A stretch of DNA of 64,000 bases, from NCBI GenBank assembly GCA_016711345.1, contig JADJTD010000002.1, positions 277 to 64,276 of the forward strand. Direction: 5' to 3'. This DNA is from Chloracidobacterium sp. GTDB lineage: Bacteria > Acidobacteriota > Blastocatellia > Pyrinomonadales > Pyrinomonadaceae. The position numbers were made by a program, and so were the translations under genes. The notes beneath the pieces were generated by a model. It saw only the letters and a list, made by a program, of their open reading frames with translations, searched no databases and had not been told where the DNA came from. This document shows, piece by piece, positions 28,958 to 37,514 of this stretch (the first letter of the stretch is position 1; every line of letters starts with the position of its first letter).

Positions 28958-31560
28958 CACGCAAAAAGCCACTCACACTCGGTCAGCTCAAGGCACAAGA
29001 GCTTGCAAAACAGCCAGCAGAGCCAACGCCACCGCCCAAGCCAGAAAAGAAACAGCGAGTGGTCAAAGTCGACGCCGCAGAAGAACTTTTTCACCAAGAA
29101 CCTCAAGAACCTCAAGAACAGGCACCTGTACCCACCAATGAGAGTGGCCTGATTGAGCCATATCTCGCACCCATGTTTGACTACGATGCTGCGACAGCCG
29201 ACCCACTTGCTGAACTCGCTTCAAGAGAGCTGTGTCGCCGTCGTCTGTTGCCTTTCATTCAGCGTTTCCGACCAAAGTACATGGCCGGTTGGGTCCACGC
29301 AGACATCTGTCGCCGCTTCGAACGGTTCCTCCAGCAGGTAGAAAATGGCGAGGAGCCTCGTCTGCTTCTGATGATGCCTCCGCGTTCAGGTAAGTCAGAG
29401 ATTTCTTCACGCCACTACGCTGCATGGGTACTGGGGCAGCACCCGGACTGGGAAATCATCGCTGCGAGCCATACCGGCAGCCTAACCATGAGTTTCTCAC
29501 GCTACCTGCGTGACCTCATTCGTGATCCGGCCTACTCCGCTGTGTTCCCCGACGCCAGACTCGATCCATCCAGCCAGTCTGTTGAGAACTGGAACTTGAC
29601 CCGTGGTGGCGGCTACCTCGCTGCGGGTGTCGGCACGGGTATTACGGGTCGCGGTGCTCACATCCTGCTGCTGGACGACTTGGTGAAGGACATCGAGGCT
29701 GCGGACTCGCTGACGATTCGTGACAACACATGGGAGTGGTACATCTCTACTGCATACACCCGTCTCGCACCGGGTGGCGGCGTGCTTGGCCTCATGTGCA
29801 TGACTGGCGACACACTAGTGTTGATGGCGGACGGCACCGAGAAACGCCTCGACACTCTGAAGACCTCTGACAAGGTAGCCACGTACCGCAACGGGGCGCT
29901 AAGTTCCTCTCGTGTAGCGGCTTTGAAGACAAGTGGTCGAGATTTAGTCTTCAAAATTACGACGACTTCTGGTAAGATTGTCAGAGCGAATCAGAGGCAT
30001 CCCTTCCTGACAATCACACCCGACGGAGAACTCGTATGGACAAGAGTGAGAAGCTTGACTACGGCCCACAAAATCGTAGCCTGCCCGGACAATGGGGTAA
30101 GTGGAAGGGCATCGCTTGCTCAGTTGATGGATGTGAGCAGCCTGCCAAGTGCCGAGGCTTGTGTAGCTCGCACTACTACAAGAAAAAGTGGGCGGACGGG
30201 CACCGTACAAAAGCTGACGGCTACGAACCTCGTCGCAATGCCCGACTCAAGCATCGCTACGGGATCACAGCAGCCGACTACGACAGAATGTACGCCGATC
30301 AGGGCGGAAAATGCGCCATCTGCGGGTGTGGTCGGGAACGTCAACCTGCGCATTGGAAAGACAAACTCGCCGTTGATCACTGCCACGACACAGGCAGGGT
30401 TCGAGGATTGCTCTGCAACGACTGCAACGCAGGAATCGGACATCTTGGAACTGAGTCGGTGGCACGTTCCGCAGCGAAATACCTTCGACTTCACGCTGGA
30501 TGAAATCGTCAGCATTGAGTTCGACTGCGAGGAAGAAGTTTTCGACGTTCAGGTCGACGACACTGAGAACTTCATAGCCAACGGGTTGGTTTCACACAAC
30601 ACCTGGTGGCACGACGACGACTGGGCGGGTCGCATCCAGAATGCTATGGCTGCAGGGGAGGGTGACCAGTTCGAAGTTGTGCGCTACCCGGCGATCAACG
30701 AGTCTGGTGATGAGTATCTGCTGGAGGACGACACCATCGTCGAGATTCCTCCGGACTACACCGTACCGCAAGGAGCACGTCGCACACGTCCGCACAACAC
30801 GGCGATTCACCCGGAGCGCTACACCACCGAGGCCATGTTGCGTATCAAGCGCAACGCCATCGCAGCAGGCATGAAGCGCACGTGGGACGCGCTGTACCAG
30901 CAGAACCCCATACCAGACGAGGGGAACTACTTCTCAAAAGAGATGTTCCGCTACTACTCCACTGCGCCGCGCCGGGAAGACCTCTACGTGTATCAGGCAT
31001 GGGACTTCGCCATCAGCACAGGCAAGGAGAGTGATTTCACGGTGTGTGCCACTGTCGGTGTGGATCACCGCGACGCCTGCTACGTGCTCGACATCCGCCG
31101 ATTCAAGACGGCAGACGGCATACACCTCGCGGAGACGATGGTGGACATGGCGAAGCTCTTCGCTGTCGACGGTCTGGGTGTCGAGGACGGGCAGATATGG
31201 AAGTCCATCGAGACGCAGTTCCTGAAGGCTTGTGAGGAGAAGCGCACGTTCCCCAGCTTCGAAGTGCTGAAGCCTCTGACGGACAAGATGGTACGGGCGA
31301 ATCCGTTGAAGGGGCGCATGCAGGCGGGGAAGGTGTATTTCGACCAGAACGCTCACTGGTGGAAGGACTTGCAGAAAGAGATGTTGCACTTCCCTGCAGG
31401 GAAGCACGACGACCAGATCGACGCCCTTGCCTGGGTCACGCGCCTCATCCTGACCCGTACAGCACCTCGCGAAAAGCGCCCTGAGCCAAAACTCAAGAGC
31501 TGGAAGGACGATCTCGCTCGTTTCATGGAGAACGGAGGCGGTACACACATGAGCGCCTAG
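28954..31560 (+). CDS. terL: terminase large subunit, interrupted by an intein
   Basis: 868 aa. Walker A PPRSGKSE and Walker B HILLLDDLV. The host-protein (extein) junction is GLM|C...HN|TWWHDDDW. The spliced product would be 600 aa. Confidence 0.9.
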   Translation: MTRKKPLTLGQLKAQELAKQPAEPTPPPKPEKKQRVVKVDAAEELFHQEPQEPQEQAPVPTNESGLIEPYLAPMFDYDAATADPLAELASRELCRRRLLPFIQRFRPKYMAGWVHADICRRFERFLQQVENGEEPRLLLMMPPRSGKSEISSRHYAAWVLGQHPDWEIIAASHTGSLTMSFSRYLRDLIRDPAYSAVFPDARLDPSSQSVENWNLTRGGGYLAAGVGTGITGRGAHILLLDDLVKDIEAADSLTIRDNTWEWYISTAYTRLAPGGGVLGLMCMTGDTLVLMADGTEKRLDTLKTSDKVATYRNGALSSSRVAALKTSGRDLVFKITTTSGKIVRANQRHPFLTITPDGELVWTRVRSLTTAHKIVACPDNGVSGRASLAQLMDVSSLPSAEACVARTTTRKSGRTGTVQKLTATNLVAMPDSSIATGSQQPTTTECTPIRAENAPSAGVVGNVNLRIGKTNSPLITATTQAGFEDCSATTATQESDILELSRWHVPQRNTFDFTLDEIVSIEFDCEEEVFDVQVDDTENFIANGLVSHNTWWHDDDWAGRIQNAMAAGEGDQFEVVRYPAINESGDEYLLEDDTIVEIPPDYTVPQGARRTRPHNTAIHPERYTTEAMLRIKRNAIAAGMKRTWDALYQQNPIPDEGNYFSKEMFRYYSTAPRREDLYVYQAWDFAISTGKESDFTVCATVGVDHRDACYVLDIRRFKTADGIHLAETMVDMAKLFAVDGLGVEDGQIWKSIETQFLKACEEKRTFPSFEVLKPLTDKMVRANPLKGRMQAGKVYFDQNAHWWKDLQKEMLHFPAGKHDDQIDALAWVTRLILTRTAPREKRPEPKLKSWKDDLARFMENGGGTHMSA
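29797..30600 (+). mobile_element. Hint-type intein (268 codons) in terL
   Basis: Cys1 CMTGDTLVLMADG, block B ...ANQRHPF, a C-terminal ...VFDVQVDDTENFIANGLVSHN, and a +1 Thr. The central ~125 codons are low-complexity but contain no stop. Confidence 0.85.
30036..30503 (+). CDS. endonuclease VII-type HNH homing endonuclease, overprinted inside the intein in another frame
   Basis: 155-aa track ORF with GGAG 8 nt upstream. Motif HRYGITAADYDRMYADQGGKCAICG...LAVDHCHDTGRVRGLLCNDCNAGIGHLG. The frame differs from terL (30036 is the third position of a terL codon). Confidence 0.8.
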   Translation: MDKSEKLDYGPQNRSLPGQWGKWKGIACSVDGCEQPAKCRGLCSSHYYKKKWADGHRTKADGYEPRRNARLKHRYGITAADYDRMYADQGGKCAICGCGRERQPAHWKDKLAVDHCHDTGRVRGLLCNDCNAGIGHLGTESVARSAAKYLRLHAG

Positions 31561-31561
31561 T

Positions 31562-31591
31562 TTGTCAACGGGTATAACACTCTGATACACT
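31562..31591 (+). promoter_or_regulatory. CTCTGATA-family promoter candidate
   Basis: TTGTCA-N18-TACACT with TGn (CACTCTGATACACTCTGG). CACTCTG occurs twice, 10 nt apart. It lies 27 nt upstream of ATG 31619. Confidence 0.5.
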
Positions 31592-31618
31592 CTGGCGAAA
31601 TCTGAACAGGAGAGCACC

Positions 31619-31975
31619 ATGGACTTTTCGCTCGGCAGCATGCTCGGCATCAAGAAGAAGCCGGTACCACCCACCACACCGGAGACAGACCCCCTGGCCA
31701 GCGTGAAAGCCTCACAGGCGGCGCGAGCCAAGATGGGGGCAGAGTACGGTCCGGCACCGTCGCCTGCTATCGCCACACCTGACCCCATGCCACCGGCACC
31801 GTCTCCCGTACAGCCTGCTGTCACCACTACACCCACCACCGTACCGGGGGTAATCGACGCTATCAAGGCGAACAGGGACGCTGTGCGCTCCGCCGCTGGT
31901 ATGAAGGACGGCGGTATCGTCGAAAAAGAACTTCTTCGTCGCAAGGCAGCAGTGAACCAAAAACGGGGCTGCTGA
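31619..31975 (+). CDS. Pro-rich hypothetical protein
   Basis: 118-aa track ORF with an AGGAGAG RBS. Confidence 0.65.
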   Translation: MDFSLGSMLGIKKKPVPPTTPETDPLASVKASQAARAKMGAEYGPAPSPAIATPDPMPPAPSPVQPAVTTTPTTVPGVIDAIKANRDAVRSAAGMKDGGIVEKELLRRKAAVNQKRGC

Positions 31976-31976
31976 T

Positions 31977-34145
31977 ATGCCAGTGAATACCGAGATTTGT
32001 GATGAGCAGTGGCGTCGTTTTGAGTATTGCCGCGACCGTGGGCACTTGGAGTTCATAGCCAAGGCCGACAAGTGCGACAACTTCCTGATTGGAAACCAGT
32101 GGGAAGTGAGTGATCTGGCACGGTTGAAGGAAGAGCGCAGACCGGCCATGACGATCAACAAGATCATGTCCACGATCAGCACAATTCTCGGAGAGCAGAT
32201 TTACAACCGCACAGAAGTCCTGTATCGACCGAAGAACGGCGCACCTGCCGAGGTGGCAGACGCCTTGAACAAGGTGTGGATGCAGATCAGTCAGAACAAC
32301 CAGTTGGACTGGACGCGCAGCGACGTGTTCTGCGACGGCATGGTGCGCAGCCGTGGCTTCTACGATGTGCGCCTGGACTTCACCGACAGCATGCAGGGCG
32401 AGGTGCGCATCGGCCTGCAGAACAGCAAGAACGTTGTGTTGGACCCGGATGGCGAGGAGTACGACCCGGATAGCTGGGCGGACTGCTTCATCTCGAAGTG
32501 GATGACCACTGACGACATCTCTATCAATTATTCGGAAGACGATGCGAAGTACCTGAAGGACCACGCTGGCCTCGCTACTTTCGGGGCGGATTCCGTCGAG
32601 CGCGTGCGTGACCGCTTTGCTGGCACAACCTTGACTGGCACCACTTCCGACGACCCGAACATCACTCAGCAGCGGAATATCCGCGTGCTCGAACGTCAGT
32701 ACCGCAAGCTGGACAAGCAGGAGCACTTCGTTGACCTGCAGACCGGCGATATGCGGCCAATTCCACGTGACTGGGACAGGAACCGCATCTCGCTAGTGCT
32801 TGAGAAGGCTCAGGGTCAGCTCAGCACCACGAAGAAGCTGATCAAGCGGGTACGCTGGCGTGTGACGGCGGACAACGTGCTGCTGCACGACGACTGGTCG
32901 CCATACAAGCACTTCACCATCGTGCCGTTCTTCCCCATGTTCCGCTACGGCAAGACCATGGGTGCTGTGGAGAACTTGCTGGGGCCGCAGGAGATTCTGA
33001 ACAAGGTCTCCAGTCAGGAGTTGCACATCGTCAACACGACGGCGAACAGTGGTTGGATGATTGAGCAGGACTCGCTGCTGAACATGACCATCGGTGAGCT
33101 GGAGCAGAAGGGTGCACAGACTGGTCTCGTCGTTGAGTACCGCAAGGGTGCGCAGCCGCCGCAGAAGATCGTACCGAACCAGACCCCCACCGGCCTCGAC
33201 CGCATCACCTACAAGGCTGAGGACAGCATCAAGACGATTTCCGGCGTGTCTGACAGCATGCAGGGCTTCGACCGCGAGGACGTGGCAGCGAAGGCCATCG
33301 CCTACAAGAAGCAGAGTGGCTCCGTCTCCATGGCGAAGCCGCAGGACAACCTGCAGCGCACAGATTACATCCTGGCCCGGAACGTATTGGATATCGTGCA
33401 GGAGTACTACACCGAGCCGCGCATCATCGACATCATCAAGGACAACGTCAGCCACGAGTCTGAGAGCGTCGAGGTGAACCAGCCTGATCCGGTAACAGGT
33501 GAGATTCTGAACGACCTCACGCTCGGTGAGTACAGCATCGTAGTCACTTCCACCCCGGCACGTGCCAGCCTCGAAGACTCCCAGTTCGAACAGGCACGCG
33601 CCCTCCGTGAGCTTGGCTTGCCAATCCCGGATAGCGTGCTGATTGAGAACAGCCGCCTGCAGAACCGCGCTGAGATCGTCAAGCAGATGGAAGCCGCTGC
33701 GAACTCGCCTGAAGCGCAGCAGCAGAAGCAGCTGCAGATGCGCGGTCAGGAAGCTGAGGTGGCGAAGACAGAGGCCGAGGTCCAGAAGACATCTGCCGAA
33801 GCTGCGACGAAGGCTCAGGAAGCCCAAGGTGGTGATCAGAGCGAGATGCAGAAGGTCATGGCTGAAATTCAGCTCATGCGAGAAGAGGCCCAGCTCAAAC
33901 GCGAAGAGATGGAGATGAAGATGCAGACCGAGCGCGAGAAGCTCGCTCTGAAGGTTCAGGAGATGGAGCAGAAGCTGGCACTGCAGGCTCAAGAGCACCA
34001 GCAGAACCAGGTTTTCAAGCAGCAGGAACACGCGCAGAACATGCAGCTGCGCGATCAACAGGCTGAGCAGCAGGCGGAAGCTCAGCGTGCACAACAACTG
34101 CGCAGCGAAGCGCAGGGAACCGCCAGCCCTTCACAACAGGAGTAA
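31977..34145 (+). CDS. portal protein
   Basis: 722 aa. Called from size and position (after terL, before scaffold and capsid). It has a Gln/Glu-rich coiled C-terminal tail. Confidence 0.75.
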   Translation: MPVNTEICDEQWRRFEYCRDRGHLEFIAKADKCDNFLIGNQWEVSDLARLKEERRPAMTINKIMSTISTILGEQIYNRTEVLYRPKNGAPAEVADALNKVWMQISQNNQLDWTRSDVFCDGMVRSRGFYDVRLDFTDSMQGEVRIGLQNSKNVVLDPDGEEYDPDSWADCFISKWMTTDDISINYSEDDAKYLKDHAGLATFGADSVERVRDRFAGTTLTGTTSDDPNITQQRNIRVLERQYRKLDKQEHFVDLQTGDMRPIPRDWDRNRISLVLEKAQGQLSTTKKLIKRVRWRVTADNVLLHDDWSPYKHFTIVPFFPMFRYGKTMGAVENLLGPQEILNKVSSQELHIVNTTANSGWMIEQDSLLNMTIGELEQKGAQTGLVVEYRKGAQPPQKIVPNQTPTGLDRITYKAEDSIKTISGVSDSMQGFDREDVAAKAIAYKKQSGSVSMAKPQDNLQRTDYILARNVLDIVQEYYTEPRIIDIIKDNVSHESESVEVNQPDPVTGEILNDLTLGEYSIVVTSTPARASLEDSQFEQARALRELGLPIPDSVLIENSRLQNRAEIVKQMEAAANSPEAQQQKQLQMRGQEAEVAKTEAEVQKTSAEAATKAQEAQGGDQSEMQKVMAEIQLMREEAQLKREEMEMKMQTEREKLALKVQEMEQKLALQAQEHQQNQVFKQQEHAQNMQLRDQQAEQQAEAQRAQQLRSEAQGTASPSQQE

Positions 34146-34148
34146 ACC

Positions 34149-35159
34149 ATGAGCTTTGATCTTGACTCTCTCGCCCCCGGTATTGACCTCGATGCTGTCG
34201 ATATTGCCTCGATGGACAAGGGCGACACACTTGAAGCCCTCGAAGAGGCGCTTGCAGAGCCTGCCACAGAGGAGGTAGCCAAGGAGGAAGCTCCTGCTGT
34301 AGAGGAAACCTCTAAGGAGGAGCCTTCTGCTGAGGAGGAAGCCTCTGAAGAGCCGCCGCGCAACGATAAGGGCCAGTTCGAGAAGAAGGAGGCGAAGATT
34401 CCGAAGTCGCGCTTCGACGAACAGGTTGGCAAGGAGCGTGCGGCTCGTGAAGCCGCCGAGCGCCGTGCCGAAGCCCTTGAGAAGCAGTTGAGCGAGCAGG
34501 CTACAAATACGCAGCAGAGCGCCGACATCCAGGCACTGGAAGATCAGGCCACCGCGCTCTACGCGAAGGCCGACGAGGTGCTGCTGGACGGTGATGCAAA
34601 GGCCGCTGCCGAGCTGCGGAATCAGGCCCGGAAGATTGACAAGCATGTCTCGGCTATCGAGGCGGATGCCCGTTCCCGCGTCACCAGCTCTAACGTACTC
34701 GAAGCGGATCGCTTGGAGTCTGCCATCGCTCGCCTTGAGGCGGATCACCCGGTGCTGAACCCGAAGAGCGAGATGTTCGACAAGTCACTCGTCACCTACG
34801 TGCTGGCCGAGCAGCAGCTTCTAGTCAAGACCGAGGGCTATAGCCCGTCAGCCGCCATGGCTCTCGCTGCGCAGAACGTGCTTGGTCGCTTCAATCCTGC
34901 CGCCAGTGATCCAGGTGAGGAAGAGGCGGACGAGAAGGCGAAAGGTCTGTCGAAGGCTGCAGAAGAGCGCAAGACGGCGCAGGTGAGGAAGAACCTCTCC
35001 GCAGCGAAAGCGCAGCCGTCGAACATGAAGGATGTCGGTCTCGATAGCGACAAGGCAGGGCAGAACACCGGCCTGCCAGACGTGACGAAGCTCTCGCAGG
35101 AAGAGTTCAACGCCTTGCCTGAGAAGACTCGCGCCCGTCTGCGTGGAGACGAGCTTTAA
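34149..35159 (+). CDS. scaffolding protein
   Basis: 336 aa, very acidic and Ala/Glu/Lys-rich with predicted coiled coil. It lies between portal and capsid. Confidence 0.7.
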   Translation: MSFDLDSLAPGIDLDAVDIASMDKGDTLEALEEALAEPATEEVAKEEAPAVEETSKEEPSAEEEASEEPPRNDKGQFEKKEAKIPKSRFDEQVGKERAAREAAERRAEALEKQLSEQATNTQQSADIQALEDQATALYAKADEVLLDGDAKAAAELRNQARKIDKHVSAIEADARSRVTSSNVLEADRLESAIARLEADHPVLNPKSEMFDKSLVTYVLAEQQLLVKTEGYSPSAAMALAAQNVLGRFNPAASDPGEEEADEKAKGLSKAAEERKTAQVRKNLSAAKAQPSNMKDVGLDSDKAGQNTGLPDVTKLSQEEFNALPEKTRARLRGDEL

Positions 35160-35162
35160 CTG

Positions 35163-35191
35163 TTGCAGACTCTGAGACACTCTGATAGAGT
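35163..35191 (+). promoter_or_regulatory. CTCTGATA-family promoter candidate upstream of the capsid leader
   Basis: TTGCAG-N17-TAGAGT with TGn. ACTCTGA occurs twice, 10 nt apart (35169 and 35179). Confidence 0.45.
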
Positions 35192-35449
35192 TGCGCCAGC
35201 ACTCCTCGTGTGCTTCGCCCCGCTGCTTGCGGCCACATAGGTTATCTCGAAACCGGGTGGCGATTCAGCGGGGCACCTCGCAAGGCCAGCGATACGGCCA
35301 CTGCTCAAGCTGAGAGCGCAAAAATCAGCCGGGTCGTCTCCGTCAAAAGTCGTTCGTTTTCGCAAGTTGCCAGCGACACAGGCACCGCACGCCGCCGCGT
35401 ACGGCAGCAAGAAACCGTTCGATTTTTAATTTGATAGGAGATCACTCAA

Positions 35450-36565
35450 ATGGGTGCCCCAACTAACTTTGCACTGCTCACCAATGAGCAAAAAACCGCC
35501 TGGTCCATGGACTTCTGGCGTCAATCCCGCAACATGTCCTTCGTCAACAAGTTCCTCGGCAAGGGTGAGAACTCGCTGATTCAGCACGTTACCGAACTGA
35601 AGAAGACTGAGAAGGGCGCTCGCGCCGTGATCACTCTGCTCGCCGACATGGAAGGCGACGGCGTCGTGGGCGACCGCACGCTGGAAGGCAACGAAGAGCA
35701 GCTCACCTCGCAAGACAAGGTGATCCGCATCGACATGATGCGTAACGCCAACCGTCACGAAGGTACGATGGCCGACCAAAAGTCGGTTGTGAACTTCCGT
35801 GAAAACTCCCGCAACAAGCTGGCCTACTGGATGGCTGACCGTATCGACCAACTGGCCTTCCTGACCATGGCCGGTATCGCCTACACCAAGATGCCCGATG
35901 GCCGCACTCGTGTTGGTTCCGATCTCAAGAACCTTGAGTTCGCCGCCGACATCGTTGCCCCGTCTGCCAAGCGAGTGGCTCGCTGGAACGGTGCCACGAA
36001 GAGCCTCGTTGTTGGCGGTGCTTCGAGCGATGTGGTCGTCGCCGACACTCCGATGTGGGAAATGCTCGTTCAGGCCAAAGCCTACGCGAAAGAGACCTAC
36101 ATGCGCGGTACCGGTGGTGATGGTGGTGATGAGGACTATCACGCCTTCCTGTCGCCGATGGCTATGTCCCGTCTGAAGCTCGACGCGACCTACCTGCAAA
36201 ACTTGCGCCACGCTCAGAACAGCAAGAACGACGCCCTCTTCAGCGGCAACGCTGTGAAGGTCGACGGTATCTGGCTGCACGAGTTCCGCCACGTCCCGAA
36301 CACCCGTCTCGCATCTTCGGGTTCGAAGTACGGTGCAGGTGGTCTGGTCGACGGTTGTCAGGTTCTGTTCTGCGGCGCTCAAGCGCTCGGTATGGCAGAC
36401 CTCGGTGCACCGACGTGGGTCGAGAAGGAATTCGACTACGACAACCAGCCGGGTATTTCCATCGGCAAGATTCTTGGTTTCCTGAAGCCGCAGTTCAAGT
36501 CGCAATACTTGGGTGGCACCACGCAGGAAGACCACGGCGTCATGTCCATCTACGTTGCCCAGTAA
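35450..36565 (+). CDS. major capsid protein
   Basis: 371 aa with a TAGGAG RBS. It follows the scaffold gene. From memory, the sequence resembles the N4 gp56-type capsid family; I cannot verify this here. Confidence 0.8.
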   Translation: MGAPTNFALLTNEQKTAWSMDFWRQSRNMSFVNKFLGKGENSLIQHVTELKKTEKGARAVITLLADMEGDGVVGDRTLEGNEEQLTSQDKVIRIDMMRNANRHEGTMADQKSVVNFRENSRNKLAYWMADRIDQLAFLTMAGIAYTKMPDGRTRVGSDLKNLEFAADIVAPSAKRVARWNGATKSLVVGGASSDVVVADTPMWEMLVQAKAYAKETYMRGTGGDGGDEDYHAFLSPMAMSRLKLDATYLQNLRHAQNSKNDALFSGNAVKVDGIWLHEFRHVPNTRLASSGSKYGAGGLVDGCQVLFCGAQALGMADLGAPTWVEKEFDYDNQPGISIGKILGFLKPQFKSQYLGGTTQEDHGVMSIYVAQ

Positions 36566-36577
36566 GGAGAAATTACC

Positions 36578-37024
36578 ATGGCAAAATTGCTTGCAACCCG
36601 CTCTGCTCAGTGGCCGCTGCTGGCCGAGTTCACCTTCAACTTCGACGACACGATGGTCGACATCAACGGTGTGGAGAAGAGCTTCGGTTCGACCTACACC
36701 CACCTCATCGTAGCCTCGGCTCTCAATCTGCCGGATAACGCGGTGGTTGTAGGTGGCGAAGTCGTCATCGATGTTCAGGGTGTTGGCCCGACTGTCTACA
36801 CTGTCTCGCTGGGCGACTCTGCGTTGGCCACACGTTACGCTTCGGCAGTCGATCTGAAAGGCGCTGTCGGTACTCGCACCGCGCTGACTCTGACCGGTTT
36901 CCGCGCCACGGAAAACCTTCGCCTGACGATCAACTCGACCGTCGCCAACGCTTCTGCTGGCAAAGCGACGGTGCGTGTCCTGTTCGTCATCCCCGGCAAG
37001 GCCAACGAGGTGATCCCGAACTAA
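36578..37024 (+). CDS. capsid-associated protein (possible decoration protein)
   Basis: 148 aa with a TAAGGAG RBS. It lies immediately after the capsid gene and before a strong terminator. Confidence 0.65.
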   Translation: MAKLLATRSAQWPLLAEFTFNFDDTMVDINGVEKSFGSTYTHLIVASALNLPDNAVVVGGEVVIDVQGVGPTVYTVSLGDSALATRYASAVDLKGAVGTRTALTLTGFRATENLRLTINSTVANASAGKATVRVLFVIPGKANEVIPN

Positions 37025-37040
37025 TTGTTGTGAGGGCTTT

Positions 37041-37070
37041 GAGGGTGAGGAAACTCACCCTCCTTTTTGG
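37041..37070 (+). terminator. strong intrinsic terminator (GAGGGTGAG-GAAA-CTCACCCTC + CTTTTTGG)
   Basis: 9-bp GC-rich stem, tetraloop and T5 run. Confidence 0.8.
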
Positions 37071-37072
37071 GA

Positions 37073-37088
37073 CAGGGCTTCGGCCCTG
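37073..37088 (+). terminator. second hairpin (CAGGGC-TTCG-GCCCTG)
   Basis: 6-bp stem with a TTCG loop, in tandem with the previous terminator. It has no clear T-run. Confidence 0.4.
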
Positions 37089-37127
37089 CCTCATTCAACC
37101 GTAGCGCCACTATAAGACGAGGAAGTC

Positions 37128-37514
37128 ATGCCCGAATACACATTGAATCGCAACCACCTGCATCGCTCCACGCAGGGTTTCACCATCAAGTTTGAAAAAG
37201 GCCGACCGGTCCACGTTCCCCCTGCATGTGAGCGCGAAGTTGTCGCATTCGGCGCAGAGCGCGTCGACGGTGACAACCCGGATGTGCTCGCCCCAGAGAA
37301 TGTGGATGATCCGACTCCTGTTGGCCAGGATCGCGAAGCCATTCTGTTCGCAGCATTCGAACAGATCGTCGCCGTAAACGACTCGAAGGACTTCGGAGCT
37401 GCCGGTACGCCGAGCATCAAAGCTGTCGAGCGGCTGGTTAAGTTCGGCATCGACAAGAAAGAACTGCTCGAAGTCTGGCAAGCGTTCCGCGCATCCAAGG
37501 ACGAAGCACAGTGA
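37128..37514 (+). CDS. hypothetical protein
   Basis: 128-aa track ORF with a GAGGAAG RBS. Confidence 0.65.
   Translation: MPEYTLNRNHLHRSTQGFTIKFEKGRPVHVPPACEREVVAFGAERVDGDNPDVLAPENVDDPTPVGQDREAILFAAFEQIVAVNDSKDFGAAGTPSIKAVERLVKFGIDKKELLEVWQAFRASKDEAQ

Noticed and set aside
30934-36703. Long minus-strand ORFs (30934..31944, 31863..32726, 32793..34097, 35426..36703)
   Set aside because: All are antisense to recognisable terL, portal and capsid genes. Their composition is not protein-like and they have no RBSs.
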